The notes beneath the pieces were generated by a model. The model ran no database searches and was not told where the DNA came from. It saw nothing but the letters and a program-made list of their open reading frames with translations. Below, one piece after another: positions 24,920 through 37,806 of a stretch of DNA of 64,000 bases. The DNA lies in NCBI RefSeq assembly GCF_009834535.1, contig NC_045697.1, positions 112,904,001-112,968,000 on the forward strand. The letters are read 5' to 3'. The stretch's first letter is position 1. The number at the start of each line of letters is the position of its first letter. A program made the translations under genes and the position numbers. The DNA is from Camelus ferus. Its lineage: Eukaryota.

Positions 24920-26270
24920 AAAGACTTGAGTCTTCCCTTAAACGGCCTAGAATCGAGTGGGAGCAATCGAATGTACGCTTGAAAAGATGAAAGTTCAAGA
25001 TAGTACAGGGTGAGTTTAAAGAGAGGAATACCGCAGGAATTTGAGGAAAGAAAAGTTACTGAGAGGCAGTGCAATCCGGGAACCGCTGAAGAGGTGGGAT
25101 CGGGGCTGAGAGAGGAGAAGTTAGTCTGGCAGAGATGCCTGGCTGGCTTCCAGGAGCTCAGGGCCGAGACAAGGACGAGGGAACAGCTCGGCGTGCCTGA
25201 GGCTTCCGTGAGAACTCATGTGACGAGGGTGGAAGGTTTGCATAGATTGATAATAACGGGAATTTTTTTTCCGTGACATGGTGAAGAGCACATGCACATT
25301 CTTCCAGGGAGCTTAGCTCTGTTCTGTGCATCTGTTTTCAAACCGCCTTGCTGGGTACCAAGGAGGCTGCCCCACGGCTGAGGGCTGATCAGGGCGCTTG
25401 TGTTCCTGTTAGCACATCTTCCACCAGAAAGTTGGGGTTCTCTAACATTCCTGTAAGAAAAAAAAAGAAGATTCCACTGCAAAAAATACTGCAGAACAGC
25501 CTTTGCTAAACGAAGCACGCTTGATGAAGGATCACATACACAGAGCAGTCACAGCGTCCCTGAAGGGATACTGGGAAAGATCCTAGACTTAGGAGAAGGT
25601 GTTGCGATGTGGCGAAGCCTCCTTCCATAGGATGAGGGGGTGAGGATGCTGCAGGGTACTCAAAGGGAGGAACCGGTGGCCTTCGGGCAACCCCCTCGGA
25701 TGACGCTCCCAGGTGAACGGGAGCAATCGTAGTGCTGGAATTGGTGAGGGCACCAGACGGAGGGGTCAGGAACGACACCAGACCTTGGAGCTTGGAAGGC
25801 AGGGAAGGCTGATGTGACTGACAAAGGCGGAGGAGGTCGGTCAGAGGTCAGTTTGTTTGGGAAAGGCATAATGAGTTCAATTACAGGCAGGCTGTTTGTA
25901 GTGACCATGACGTCCCAGGGTCAACTGTTCAGCAGACAGTGTAAGTCACGTTACTGAAACCTGGGAGAGCAGGCAAGGCTGGGCCTGGGAGATTTTTCCA
26001 GCATTACTGAACTACACACAGACCGACAGTGAACAGCTGCATCTTTGCAATGGTCATTAACATGATATACAGACACAGGGCAGTGGCACTTAAAAGCGAG
26101 AATCTTCTCAAGGCCAGGGAGGGCATGTCGAGGTGGGTACCGTTCTCAGGGAGGTGACCGTGATGCCTGGGAAGTGGATGAAATCTGTATGTGAGATCAC
26201 ATGTAGGGAAAAAGCCCCAGGCTGAGCACCAGGGGCCCCCCTGTAGGGGAGGAAGGTGACCTGCCAGAGA
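24920..26270 (-). mobile_element. Degenerate L2 segments
   Basis: Purine-rich antisense L2-like text (ggggtcaggaacgacacc...atgagttcaattacagg). Confidence 0.5.
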
Positions 26271-26707
26271 AGCAGCGATCGCCTGTGAAGGGCACTCCTG
26301 CTGCTTCAGACTGGCCTAGGCAGGACCCGTCTCAGCCACAGCTGCAAAGCAGAAGCAGCTCCTGAGTCCTTCCTTTTCTGTTCCTGGCATTTGTCCCACA
26401 GGGAGACTCTGCCCTCCTTCCCACCTTATCAATGTCTCCGCAGAGAAAATACATTGTGACCTGGAATTTAACTTAAACCATCATGCCATCACACCCACAC
26501 TTCCAGAGTGGGAAAAGCTTTGCCTTTTTTTTTTTTTTTTAGAAAATTTACATTAAAAAAAATAAGTTAGATCATATTAGCTCACACTTGAAACTTTTCG
26601 GTAGCCTCTTAGTTGCTGTCAGAGGCAAGTTCAAAGTCTTTACTATGATTTACAAGGCTCTGCATGATCTGTCTATCAGAACTGCCTCCCAGGCTTTAAC
26701 ACTGTCA

Positions 26708-27101
26708 TTTTTTAAAACATTTGTTTAAATGTTTATACAATTTTTAAAGGTTACTTTCCATTTGCAGTTATTACAAAATATTGGCTATATTCCCATGTTG
26801 TACAATACATCCTTGTAGTCTCTCTTGCTCCCAGTATTTTGTGCCTCTCACTTCCCCACCCCTGTCTTGTCCCTCCCTCTTCCCACTGGTAACCACTAGT
26901 TTGTTCTCTATACCTGTGAGTCTGTTTCTTATTTGTTATATTTACTCATTTGTTTTGTTTTTAAGATTCCACATACATATGGTATCAGACAGTATTTGTC
27001 TTTCTCTGTCTGACTTATTTCACTTAGCATAATACTCTCCAAGTCTATTCATATTGTTACAAATGGCACAATTTCATTTTTCATGGCTGAGTAGCATTCC
27101 A

Positions 27102-27132
<31 letters not shown>

Positions 27133-27380
27133 CACACCATATATATACCACTTCTTCTTTATTGATTCATCTTTGGATGGCTACTAGGGTTGCTTCCATG
27201 TCTTGGCAATTGTAAATAATGCTGCTATAAACGTTCTCAAAAAAACTAAAACTAGAGCTAACTACCATGTGACCCAGCAATTCCCCTCCTGGGTATATAT
27301 CCAGGAAAAGAAAAAAAAAAAGACACCGATTTGAGAAGTTCCCTGCACCCCAGTGTTCACAGCAGCATTATTTACAATAC
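26708..27380 (-). mobile_element. L1 3' fragment with inverted 5' part (27236-27380 on +); contains (GT)n at 27102-27128
   Basis: Antisense L1 3' UTR runs to ...aatgctgctataaacg, then flips to sense L1 ORF2 (gacccagcaattcccctcctgggtatatatcc...cagcagcattatttacaat). Confidence 0.85.
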
Positions 27381-27849
27381 CATCATTAACAATGACCTAT
27401 TCATTGCTGTTCTGTCTCCAGTGCTCTGAAAGTGCCAGGCCTGTCCCTTTCAGGGCCTAGAATCTCTCCCCACCCCCCCAGCTCTGCCCTTTACCAGACT
27501 AACCCCTAGTCATTCTTTCCTGATTGAAACATCACTTCTTCAGGGAAACCCTCATGATTCCCTAAGCAATGCCCAGCTCCCCTTCGCATCTGCAGTGTCG
27601 TTTTTAATTGCTAACTTAGAGGTATTTTTGTGGTTGCTGATATCAGATTTGTTCACTGATCTGTTCCCACAAAGTACCTGGGACAGCACCTGGAAGACAG
27701 CACATACTCAGCATACAGTGTTTGAATGAATCGACTTGGGGAAAATGAATTTTTCCGGAGGGAGTCATTCTTCCTGTGTGAAATCCTGGCACTCGGTGGA
27801 GGGTGACCTCCCCTCCTTGGAACCACGTGTAAAGGAAACTCTCCAGTTC

Positions 27850-28026
27850 CCAATGCTTGGTGGATTTCAGCATCTGCTCCAGGGCCTGTTCAGACACAGG
27901 TCACTGCACCCACTCCCAGAATTTCTGACTCCCTCCCTCTGGGGGTGGGTCCACGAGCTGCATTTCTAACATGTTCCCAGGTGATGCAGAGCTTACTCAT
28001 CCAGAGACCACATTTTGGGAACCACT
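27850..28026. mobile_element. MER5A
   Basis: ctgcatttctaacatgttcccaggtgatgc...gaccacattttgggaaccactg. Confidence 0.82.
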
Positions 28027-28499
28027 GTTCTGTGCTACAAAGTCCCCCTGAGCTTTGAGTGGGAAAGGCTGAGTTTGGGGAGCACAATTACAGTTTTCTG
28101 TCACATTTTCCTAAGTGCTGACACAAAGCATGATCAGATCTCTTTCCTGGCATTTCACGCTGCCCTGCCAGCATTGGGCAGGTCCTCCCACTAAAACCAT
28201 AGACCGACCAAGTCCCAGCCTTACCAGGAACTCAGATGTCACGATTTGACTATTGTTTCCCTTCAAACCCACTTCCTCATCCCAGCTACCCCGACTTCCG
28301 CCTGTGAGTTCACAAAGCCCCTGAATTTCCAGTTTTTGACAAGTTTTCTTCTGCATCAGATATATCTGATCTCCAACCAAGTCCCGTCACTTCTTCCTCT
28401 AGATGCTGCTTTGATTGAGGTCTTCCTTCTTGTTACCAGCATCCTCTTCTCTCCACTTCTGTTCTCTCCCCACATCCACCCTCAGGTCTCTTCTACGCT

Positions 28500-28900
28500 G
28501 AAATTGACTGAAACCACTTTAAATGAGCTTAAGCAAGAGAGGGAGGTGTCAGCCACAGAGATAGAAAACCCGGGTCACAGTTGGCCTCGGGTCTCCAGAG
28601 ACTTAAGCCATACATGTCTCTCTCTCTCCTCCTCCTCTGTGTGGTTCTTATTTACCCCAGCTGAAGACCAACTTCCTCCAGACAGCAAAAGGAAGAAACA
28701 GTGGAGACAGAGACAGCTTCGGGCTTACATGTTACCAGCAGTGACTTTACAGAAAAGGGAAATGTTCTCTTCAAGCAGTTACATATGAAACCCTAAAGAA
28801 GGAATAGAATTAGCCTGCCTCATGTCACATCCTGGGGCTAACCACCGTCACCAGGGGTAGGGGGCGTTACGCGTGGATCAAGTCCTTGGGCGGAAAGGTT
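28500..28900 (-). mobile_element. Old MLT1 (K/L-like) LTR
   Basis: gaaaccactttaaatgagcttaagcaa...tcatgtcacatcctggggctaaccaccgtcaccagggg resembles old MLT1 elements (recall). Confidence 0.5.
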
Positions 28901-29899
28901 GTATTTAAAATGTGGCTATTGGCAGTCCCTTCAGAACCTGATGAATTGGGGAAAGGGCATTTCAACACCAAAAAAGAACAGCACCAGTACCAGAAGAAGT
29001 GGGGAAAAAATTATTAGCAGAAATCAATCAATCAATCAATCAATCAGAAAAAAAACAAACAAACAGTAGTACTCAACTACTACCAAATACACTTCTTCCC
29101 TTCCTAAGTGGATTTCTCTTCTCTCCAAATGCCCATATTTAAATATGTTCCCTCATTGTTTATCCTCTTCCATAAAGCTTTCCCAAGCTCTTCCGGTCCA
29201 AGGGTAACCGTCTCCTTCTTGGAATTTTCGTTAACCTCTCTAGTCAATATCATTGGTTGAGTATTCAGTCATCCTCCAGGGGTTTCATATGTGTTAGATC
29301 TCTTTTCTCTACACAATCAGCTCCTGGAAGGTAAGAATTATCTCTCACACCTGTTTTGTGCCTTACACGGTTCTCAGAGTAATTTTGGAATTCAGCAATT
29401 GCTCTGACAGAACTTTTGGAATGGCTTCATAATCAGTGAATACTGAGAGGAGATGTGCAAAAGCCTTGGGGACTATAATGGAGATTGGGTGACGCAGGGT
29501 AACATAAATAAGATATATTGAATTCTATCGATAGTTTCGTTAGAAGAAGAAGAGCCTAAAAAGTAAATAACTCCTGGTGATGTTCTAGTTCTACTTTGGG
29601 TTGGATGATGAGTTTGAAGGTAATACTTTGTATTATTCTGCAACAGTCTTCACTATACATATTCTCACATTTTTCATTTAGGAAAAAAATTTTGAGGAAC
29701 ATTGGATGAAAAATGATTAAAACAGTGCCTATGTTGACTTGTTTAATTCTTGAAGTAACTTTAATCTGGGTGTGGGAAAGTGGAGAGACAAAATTTCTAA
29801 AACTCCAGATGTTCATAGCAGAAGACTACTTTTCAAGAGCAACAGGGTCATGTTTTTTGCCAAAGCAATAGAGTTTATCAGATTGATTTAGGTAATTTT

Positions 29900-30472
29900 G
29901 TTTTTTTAATTGAGGTATAGTCAGTTTACAATGTTGTGTCAGCTTCTGATGTACAGCATCATGTTTCAGTCATACATATACATACATAGATTCCTTTTCA
30001 TATTCTTTTTCATTATAGGTTACTATAAGATATTGAATATAGTTCCCTATGCTACACAGATGAAACTTGTTGTATATCTATTTTATATATAGTAGTTTGT
30101 ATCTGCAAATCTCAAACTCCTGATTTAGCCCTTCCCACCCCCTTTCCACCCTGGTAAACATAAGTTTGTTTTCTATGTCTTTGAGACTATTTATGTTTTA
30201 TAAATAAGCTCATTGTGCCTTTTTTTTTTTTCAAAGATTCTACACATAAGTAATATCATGGAATTTCTCTTTCTGGCTTACTTCTCTTGGAATGACATTC
30301 TCCAGGTCCATCTGTGTTGCTGCAAATGGCATTATTTCATTCTTTTTTATGGATAAGTAGTATTCCATTGTATAAATATACCACAGCTTCTTTATCCATT
30401 GATGGAAATTAAGGTTGTTTTTGTATCTTGGCTATTGTAAATAGTGCTCATGTGAACATTAGGGTGCATGTA
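29900..30472 (-). mobile_element. Young L1 3' fragment
   Basis: Antisense L1 3' UTR; flanking duplication tgatttag(g/a)taatttt. Confidence 0.9.
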
Positions 30473-31394
30473 TGATTTAGATAATTTTTGAATCCCAGGC
30501 CTGAGCTCCTAAGAAAATTGTGCTTAAAATAGATCTTTTTTATCCATGTCATCTATCTGTAAACCCAAGTACTCATTCATTCACATACTGAGCAAACTAT
30601 TTCTTGGGAATTCATTCTGTATCAAAATAAGATTCTAGAAGCCAGAAATACAATGGAAAATTCAGTAATGGTGTCATCCCTAATGAACTTATATTCCAAT
30701 TAGTAAGACAAATAATCACACAGATAAATGTAAAAAAAAAAAATCCGTTTATCAGTGATGCTAAAGGAACATACAGCATCTGGTAGCAGAATGCAGGTTT
30801 CCTTGAGGAACAAATAATTAAGGAGCAATCCAAAGGAGAAGGAAGAGTAAGTGAAGCATAGAGAGGAGATATCTTGTTCTAGGAAAAGTATATGACACAA
30901 ATGATCACACAGAGATGAGGGAGATTTAGGAGAAAAGGATTTCAGTGCTGCCCGCAGAGAGCAGGAGGATGGGGTGGGAGCCCACCACGGGGTCTTCATC
31001 CACCAAGTCAGGGCTTTGGATGGTGTTTGAATGACAAGGGGAAATTCCTGTAGACTCTTAAGGAAAAGAATGACCCTGTGTTTTGGAAGAACACTCAAGC
31101 TGCTTTTGGAGAACAGATAAGAAGGGCAAGACTGAAGTCAAAGGAACCCGATGAGACAGCCAGACAGGTGTTCCAGGGAGAAGGTGATGGTGGCCATGAG
31201 AATAAAAGATGTAGGTGGATTGTTAAAGTATTTTGAGAGTAAATCAAATAGGACTTGATGATAACATACGTATGGAACTGGTCTCAAGTTTCTGATTCAG
31301 AAAACTGAGTAGATTCTAATACTGCTAGAGAGAACTACTTTTGAGAGAACATACTGCTTGAGAGGCAGATATAAAAGGAGGAGTTTGGGGGTAG

Positions 31395-31490
31395 GGGGGT
31401 GGGACGTATAGCTCAGTGGTGGAGCGTGTGTTTAGCATGCATGAGGTCCTGGGTTCAATCCCCAGTACCACCATTAAAAATTTTTTTTTA
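31395..31490 (+). mobile_element. Vic-1-type SINE
   Basis: tatagctcagtggtggagcgtgtgtttagcatgcatgaggtcctgggttcaatccccagtacc (A and B boxes). Confidence 0.9.
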
Positions 31491-31550
31491 AAAAGGAGTT
31501 CAGTTTAAGACAGGACAAGTTTGAGGCACAAGATAAACATCCAAAGAGAG

Positions 31551-31770
31551 CAGATACACACTACTTTATATAAAACAGATAAAGGGCAAGGTCCTACTGT
31601 ATAGCACAGGGGACTATAGTCAATTTCTTACAGTCACCTACAATGAAAAAGAATGTATATATGTGTATATATATATATATATAACTGAATCACTATGCTG
31701 TACACCAGAAACTAAAATAAGATTGTAAACAGACTATACTTTAATTTTAAAAAAAGTTTTAAAAAATTAA
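31551..31770 (+). mobile_element. Short L1 3' UTR fragment
   Basis: gtcctactgtatagcacagg...aactgaatcactatgctgtacaccagaaac, A-rich tail. Confidence 0.85.
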
Positions 31771-32291
31771 GTAAACAGAGATATCAAAGAGACATATACA
31801 GGTCCGGAGTTCAGAAGAGACATGGTGACTTTAGATGAAGATCAGGAAGTCTTGAGCCCATAGGTGGTGATTGTCAGATCTCCCACAGAAAACTGTAGAC
31901 TGAGAAGCGGAGGGCGTGGAGACCCTGTGGAACAGCACCATTTAGTGGCCCTAGGAGAAGGAGCAGGTGGAAACCCAGGAGCGTGTGAAGGAAGGAGAGA
32001 CTGGACCAGGTGGAGGGAGAGGGGAAGTCAGGGGCCTGTTTGTGTTTCTAATCTAGAGAACTCTTGAGCTCAGAGAGAGAAAGAGGCTGAAGATGCAGAA
32101 GACTGAGAGGATTGCTTATTTGAGGCCCCACAGAGAAGGTAGGAAAGGAAAGGACCCAAAGCCCAAAATAGAAGGATCTGTCCTGTTGCAGAAAATAGGA
32201 AGCGAAAGAGGAGATGGTAGATGTGAACAAATGTAGATCTTCAGATTAGAAAAGCTTCCTTTTGATGGCCTTGGAGAGTAAGGGGGTGTGG

Positions 32292-32444
32292 CAGGGTCAA
32301 CCATCCAGGGAAATGTGAATTTCAGATAAACAGCAACTAGCTTCTCACTGGGACACACTCGCACTTTAAAAAGTATTTGTTGTTTATCTGCAATTCAGAT
32401 TTCACTGGGCTTCCTGTATATTTTTTCTAAGGCTGGCAACGCTA
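32292..32444. mobile_element. MER53 palindromic hAT element (partly deleted)
   Basis: gaatttcagataaacagcaa...ttgttgtttatctgcaattcagatttcactgggcttcctgtat...ctggcaacgcta matches the MER53 consensus as recalled. Confidence 0.8.
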
Positions 32445-32903
32445 AGAATAGCAAGAGAAAAAGGCTTATCGAAAGTGCTGCTGAGGCTTGTTACTGAGTT
32501 TATGTGGCAGCAGCAGGAAGTGCAGTTTATCCCTGCAGCTCATCCTTGAAATGCAGACACCACCAACCAACCAAAGTAGGCACCTGGACGCCAGCCTGAG
32601 GGAGTGGCAGCCAGTTGACACACCTAGCACAGTTTTATGTGTTCATCCCCACGGATCCCCAGTTAAACTTGAAGCTTAAAAACTAGGGCAAGTGTGCTTT
32701 ACAAATAAGATTTTTGAAGCAAAATAACATTTCAGTGAGTAGTTTTTCTCTCTGATTATTTAGAGAAGAAAACATACTTCTCTTGACCGTCTCCTTTCAG
32801 GCAATTATGATGGTCATTGGAAAGAGTGGATTCAGGAACCAACCAGATCACTTTCCAGTCTGCTCTTTGAGGACCCTTGAATCTTAGCACATTTATCATC
32901 TCT

Positions 32904-33375
32904 TGTTACTGAACCAAACTTGGGTCCCCTCTCCAGGGCGCAGTCTACGGACACCAGGTTGTGGTGATGGTTCAGCCTTTATTGAAGACGCCAAGCAAGG
33001 AGTCAGGGCAGCTGGTGCTCAAAACACCCAAACTCCCTGATGGGTTTCAGCAAAGCATTTTTAAAGGCCAGATGAGAGGGAGGGTTCCCAGGGTATGTGA
33101 TCAGCTCGTGTGCAATTCTCTGATTGGTTGATGGTGAGGTAACAGGGAAGTGTCACAGAGGTTAATGTCACCAATCCTTAGGCACCAGCAGGTCTGGGGG
33201 GCTACGTGCTCATGGTCATCAAGTAGTTAATATTTTCCATTTGGTGGGGATTTAGCATCTGTAAAACAACTCAGGAAGTGTGCAAAACGTATAGTTATCT
33301 GGGTGCTTCAGAGAGGAGCTACAGCAGAGGATTCTTCCATCCCAGAAAGACCCCACGGGGTCCTGCTCGGTGACA
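32904..33375 (-). mobile_element. Solo ERV1-type LTR (472 bp)
   Basis: TGTTAC...GTGACA termini, 4-bp TSD ctct/ctat; antisense AATAAA (tttatt about 32978) and CCAAT (gattgg about 33122). Confidence 0.82.
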
Positions 33376-34282
33376 CTATCTCCTCCTTGGACATTTTATT
33401 TCCTGGGAGCCTCCTTCCTTTGAGAGTCCCTAACTGTGAAAGCATTCTTTCTAATATTTAATAGCCCATGTCCTTCTATTTTCTGTTAGTCCTAGATTTA
33501 TATTCACTCAGTAATAGATTTTTTTTAACTTTTGTTACATATCCTGTTACTTCTTTCTGTTACTTTTTCCTTTTTCTCTGCAAAAATGAGACTAACACTC
33601 TGTGATCCAAGTCCAATTTGGTGAGTAAAAAATAAGCTGTTCAGAGTCTCGAACATTCCAGTGAGAAAGGTTATCTGAAGTGACCCAATGAGATGCATCC
33701 ATTTCCAAGAGGTAACAGACCCTTAAGAAAGTTCCCAAATTTATTGTGTTCCTTATACCCTTGCCTTTGTTTTGCTGAGTGTTGTAGGAGTTAACAATCA
33801 CCTTTTTCCTGTTCATTTTAATAAGAGCTGAGCTGATAGGAAATACAGGCGTGAACGTTACTGGTGACCCGCCAGAGATGAGTTACTCTGGGTGACTCCA
33901 TGTGGAGTCACAAGGTCTCACTTTCAATTCTTGTTTTCTCTTTACTTGGAGCCAGCAGGCTGGAAAAGGTAATGGGGCCCTCTCTTTATTTATGTGATCA
34001 AAAATGAGAAACAGGGCCGTGTATTCCAAAACACGCATTGCTAGTCTGATACAATGTTTTAGAACTAATTTCTTTCCTTGAAATGAATAATTGTAGGCGT
34101 TGCTGTCCTTGGCAAAAATCCAGATATACATAATGCTACTTTATTTTACAGAGTAGAGATTCCTCAAAAAAAAAAATTTATGACACTCCATTATGTTACA
34201 AATGTTTGGTGTGACTTCACACAGTTTTCAGCATTTATCTCAGTAATTTATATTTTGAATGAACAAAACCAATGAATGAAGA

Positions 34283-34500
34283 CACTGATATATAAATATA
34301 AATAAGATAAACAAGAAGGTCCTACTGTATAGCACAGGGAACCATATTCAATATCTTGTGATGGCTATAATGAAAAAGGATGAAAAAGAATACATATAAA
34401 CTGAATCACTATGCTGTGCACCAGAAAGTAACACAACGTCTTAAATCAACTACAAAAAAATTAAATAAGTAAATAAATAAATATACACACAAAAAAACCT
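34283..34500 (+). mobile_element. Short L1 3' UTR fragment
   Basis: gtcctactgtatagcacagggaac...aactgaatcactatgctgtgcaccag, A-rich tail. Confidence 0.85.
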
Positions 34501-36473
34501 TATAAGCAAAAAACTTGAAAGAATAGTAAAAGTGGAACTTGGTATCTTTTTTTTTTTTCTATCTTCCAGAGACAGCCTTGTTCTCAGCAGGCTTTTCCTA
34601 ATTGTTCTGAATTTGGGAGATAATCGTTCCCGGATTGCAGTGACAGTGTTATCAATAATACAGATTGTCTTGACTGGCAAATTACCTTACATGACTGAAA
34701 CCAAGTGGATTGATTAATTTTACCTTCTACTTTGGCTAAACAAGTCACTCTGATTTTTTGGAAAGAACGTGTATTCTGTAGGCCAGTTATTTAACAAGGA
34801 GTGTTTTTCGAAAGGAAAAAAAAAAGACACTTATCTGCTTATAAAACTGTCTTAAAGTAGATTTGAATCAAGGAGGAATTTTCCAACCTCAGAGAACTTC
34901 AGACAAAAGAAGATAGAAATATGATGTTGCTTCAGAGGTAAAAGTCAGTATTTACATATTATAAAGTTGTTTACATGGTGCTACATTTATCATTTCTTTG
35001 GGAATTTCCATGTTTGCTAACTACCCTGTTATATCAAAGTGCAGAAATACCGAAGGAATATCAATTAAGTAGAGTTTATCTACTTCCTACTTTAAGAACA
35101 GTATGTGTTCAGGATTACAGTTATTTTAAATTATATTCTTTCTTTAAGGAACTCATATCTGTTTGGCAATATGCAAAAGAAAAAAAGAAAAAGAAAAAAT
35201 ATCCTCTCTTTTCGCAGTCACACAAACTCCTTTTTAAACCTATATATTTATGTATCAATGCAAACAGAAGGCAAACACTGTGTACGTAAACTGATGACTA
35301 TTGGGTACAGTGCTTGTTGCCACCAAATCATGATTTATATCTGAGAGAGTATTTATAACTTCAGCATTTCCTCCTTTCCTAATTACCATATTTGAGTTCT
35401 CATCTTCCTTTTAACCACTGCAGAGTAGTAACACGTTCATTTCAAATCTTCCACAATCATCCTCAGACATAAGTAAATTTAGATACAGTGTCTAATTTGG
35501 TTCAGAAGTTAAGATGCCCCTCGAGCAGCCCTGGTGAGCTGTCATCCGGTCACAGCACTCTGACCGGACTCAAGCTCAGTGCAGTGACCTCCTTCCCGCC
35601 TGGGTCAGAAGCAGCGGGGGCTCCAGGAGCCTGTTAGCCCCCCCTCACTCACTTCCAGATTTATGCGGGGCTGCAGAGGAGCTCCTGGGCTGGAGAAGCT
35701 TCCTGGAGGTGGGTTTCACGTTAGACATTATACTGAGAACTTTTCGTTATATTGAAAACTTTCTTCTTTCCTTCAAGGTTATCTAACAAATAATCATCCA
35801 GATCTCCCTATTTTCTGCCTGACTGGCACCACTTTGTTCTTGTTTGGCCCTCTGAGCCTCACCTTAGCAAATTCTGCCATCTTTATTTTAGAGATTTTTT
35901 GGTATAGGTGAGCTCACAGCTCTCTGAGGGTGTAAATTAAAGTGTTTCACCGCACTGTAAGACAGTAACAAGGGAGAAAATTAAGAGGGAACAAAGAAAG
36001 AAAAAATAATAACTAAAAGGAAATAGAAATTATATACACTGTTAAAAAATGTCCCATGGTTGGAGGAGTCCTGCTTCCCATCAGCATTTGAAAGCCTCAG
36101 AATTCTTCCAGGTAGAACTAGAAAGAACCAGAACTCACCTCACCCAGTGGTTCTCAAGCTGGGCTGCAAGTTATGCTGGCCTGGGAAGTTAAAAAAAAAA
36201 AAATGTTACAGGACTTCACCCAGATCCCTCTGGAAGTGGTGTCTCAGCACAGGCACATTTTTTTTCCATTTTTCAGTTTTATTAGGTAGAATTCTTATAG
36301 TTTGCCTGCACATATACAATGTATTGCATGTAAATACATATACACAATATACTGCACATATTTTTAATTTACATATATGTACTGTTCATTGTTTCTAAGA
36401 ACGTTTAAAGTTTTAGCTTTTTAAACTTACATAGTTATCAAAGGAATAAAGCCAACCACGAAATAAGAATTAA

Positions 36474-36582
36474 TTCAATAAGATACATACACCCTGCTAT
36501 TAACAGCAACATTGTTTATAATTGCCAAGATACAGAAGCATCCTAAGTGCACATCAGTAGATGAATGGATAAAGAAGATGCA
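36474..36582 (+). mobile_element. Small L1 ORF2 fragment
   Basis: Translates to LFIIAKIQKHPKCTSVDEWIKKM. Confidence 0.8.
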
Positions 36583-36783
36583 GCAGATAGGTGTAATGGT
36601 TGGGCACATCTTTAAAAGCATCCCAGATGGTGTTAACCGGCAGCTGGGGCTGAGAGCCACTGGCTTCCAGCTCAAAATCTCAGGTGAACAAATTGATGCC
36701 CAGAAGATATCTATGTTCCAAGAACCACACTCTGGGCAGGAGACCCCCTTGGTGGCATGTCCAGGATCTGCACACAATGGAAC

Positions 36784-37404
36784 TGTTGCAAGTGATTAGT
36801 ACTTGTCTCATCACAGAAAGAATTCAGAGACAAGACATAAAGGTTAAGAAAGTAAAGTGAGGATTTATTAAGGGATGGATAGTGCACTCTCAAGGAAAGA
36901 GCGAGCAGACTCAGGTGAGCAGCTGCCCTGAGTTTCTTTGGCAAGTTGGTTACACAGGGTGTAAAAATGTATGGGCGGAATATTCCTTGGGGAGGGAAGG
37001 GCTTGGGGTCATAGTCCCAGCTCCACCTTCCCGAGGGGAGGAGGGATTTTTGTCCTTATTTAGTCTGGGTCAGTATCATGGCGTCAGTGAACGATGGGTA
37101 CTTCTGATCTGCAAGGCTATTTTATTGTAATGAGGGCATAATGAGCAGAAAGTTACATTCGAACACTGGAGACTCCTGCCTTTTCCTTTCTTTCTTGTCC
37201 TCTAGGACACTTGTCACCCCAAAATGTGTGACCACTTATCAGCCCAGAGGTTCCTGCTTTTCCTTCTCTGCCCAGGGACCCCTCATGCTCATATGATGTA
37301 GGGTTTCCTGCATTTGGCCTATGCCCCTCCCTTCTGCCAATTCCCGCCACTTGGCCCCTGTCCCCCTTTCTCTGCTCACATCTAGCTGCCCGCCTGCTCT
37401 AACA
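36784..37404 (-). mobile_element. Solo ERV LTR (621 bp), apparently young
   Basis: TGTT...AACA termini with perfect 4-bp TSD gaac (36780-36783, 37405-37408); antisense AATAAA (tttatt about 36864). Confidence 0.88.
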
Positions 37405-37619
37405 GAACAAAGCCTGGGGTCAGCAACTGGTACATCATTTCCTCTCACCCCCCCGAAGCCACTTGGGACAGGGGTTCCCAAACGTGACAACTTTATTGGA
37501 GGAAATAGAAGATACAATGGCTTTTAACAGTGTTCCTCTTGTGTTAAACCTCAGATTTCTCATCTAGCTGCAGTTCACAGTCACGTGACCCTCTAGGAAG
37601 TAAAACTCAACTAAACCCA

Positions 37620-37806
37620 CAGTTCTCGAAGTGTAGTCCCTGCACCAGTAGCATCAGAATCCTGTGGGAACTTGGTCAACGTGCCAGCTGTTGGGTCTCA
37701 GCCTAGACGTATTGAATCAGAAACTGAGAGGGGGACGCAGCCCCTCGTGTAACTGTCCTTGTCCCTCTGTGTGGCTCTGATGCAAGCTCACATTTGGGAA
37801 CCACTG
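37620..37806. mobile_element. MER5A-like element
   Basis: cagttctcgaagtgtagtccctgcaccagtagcatcag...tgaatcagaaact...tttgggaaccactg. Confidence 0.8.

Larger units (their letters stand above)
30570..32275 (-). mobile_element. L2 element interrupted by a SINE and an L1 fragment
   Basis: ctcattcattcacatactgagc start and a long purine-rich antisense L2 body. Confidence 0.7.

Noticed and set aside
28246..28788. 180-aa ORF (and the 182-aa ORF at 49431-49979)
   Set aside because: Non-ATG starts, low-complexity pyrimidine-rich old repeat sequence, no domain or splice support.
31395..31475. tRNA-Ala gene (also the similar copies at 24.1, 39.1, 47.3, 50.1, 51.9 and 60.4 kb)
   Set aside because: A-rich tails, TSDs and substitutions mark them as tRNA-derived SINEs.
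36590..36783. Faint GAPDH-like peptide (IDAQKISMFQE)
   Set aside because: No nucleotide similarity to GAPDH as recalled and no extension; chance resemblance.
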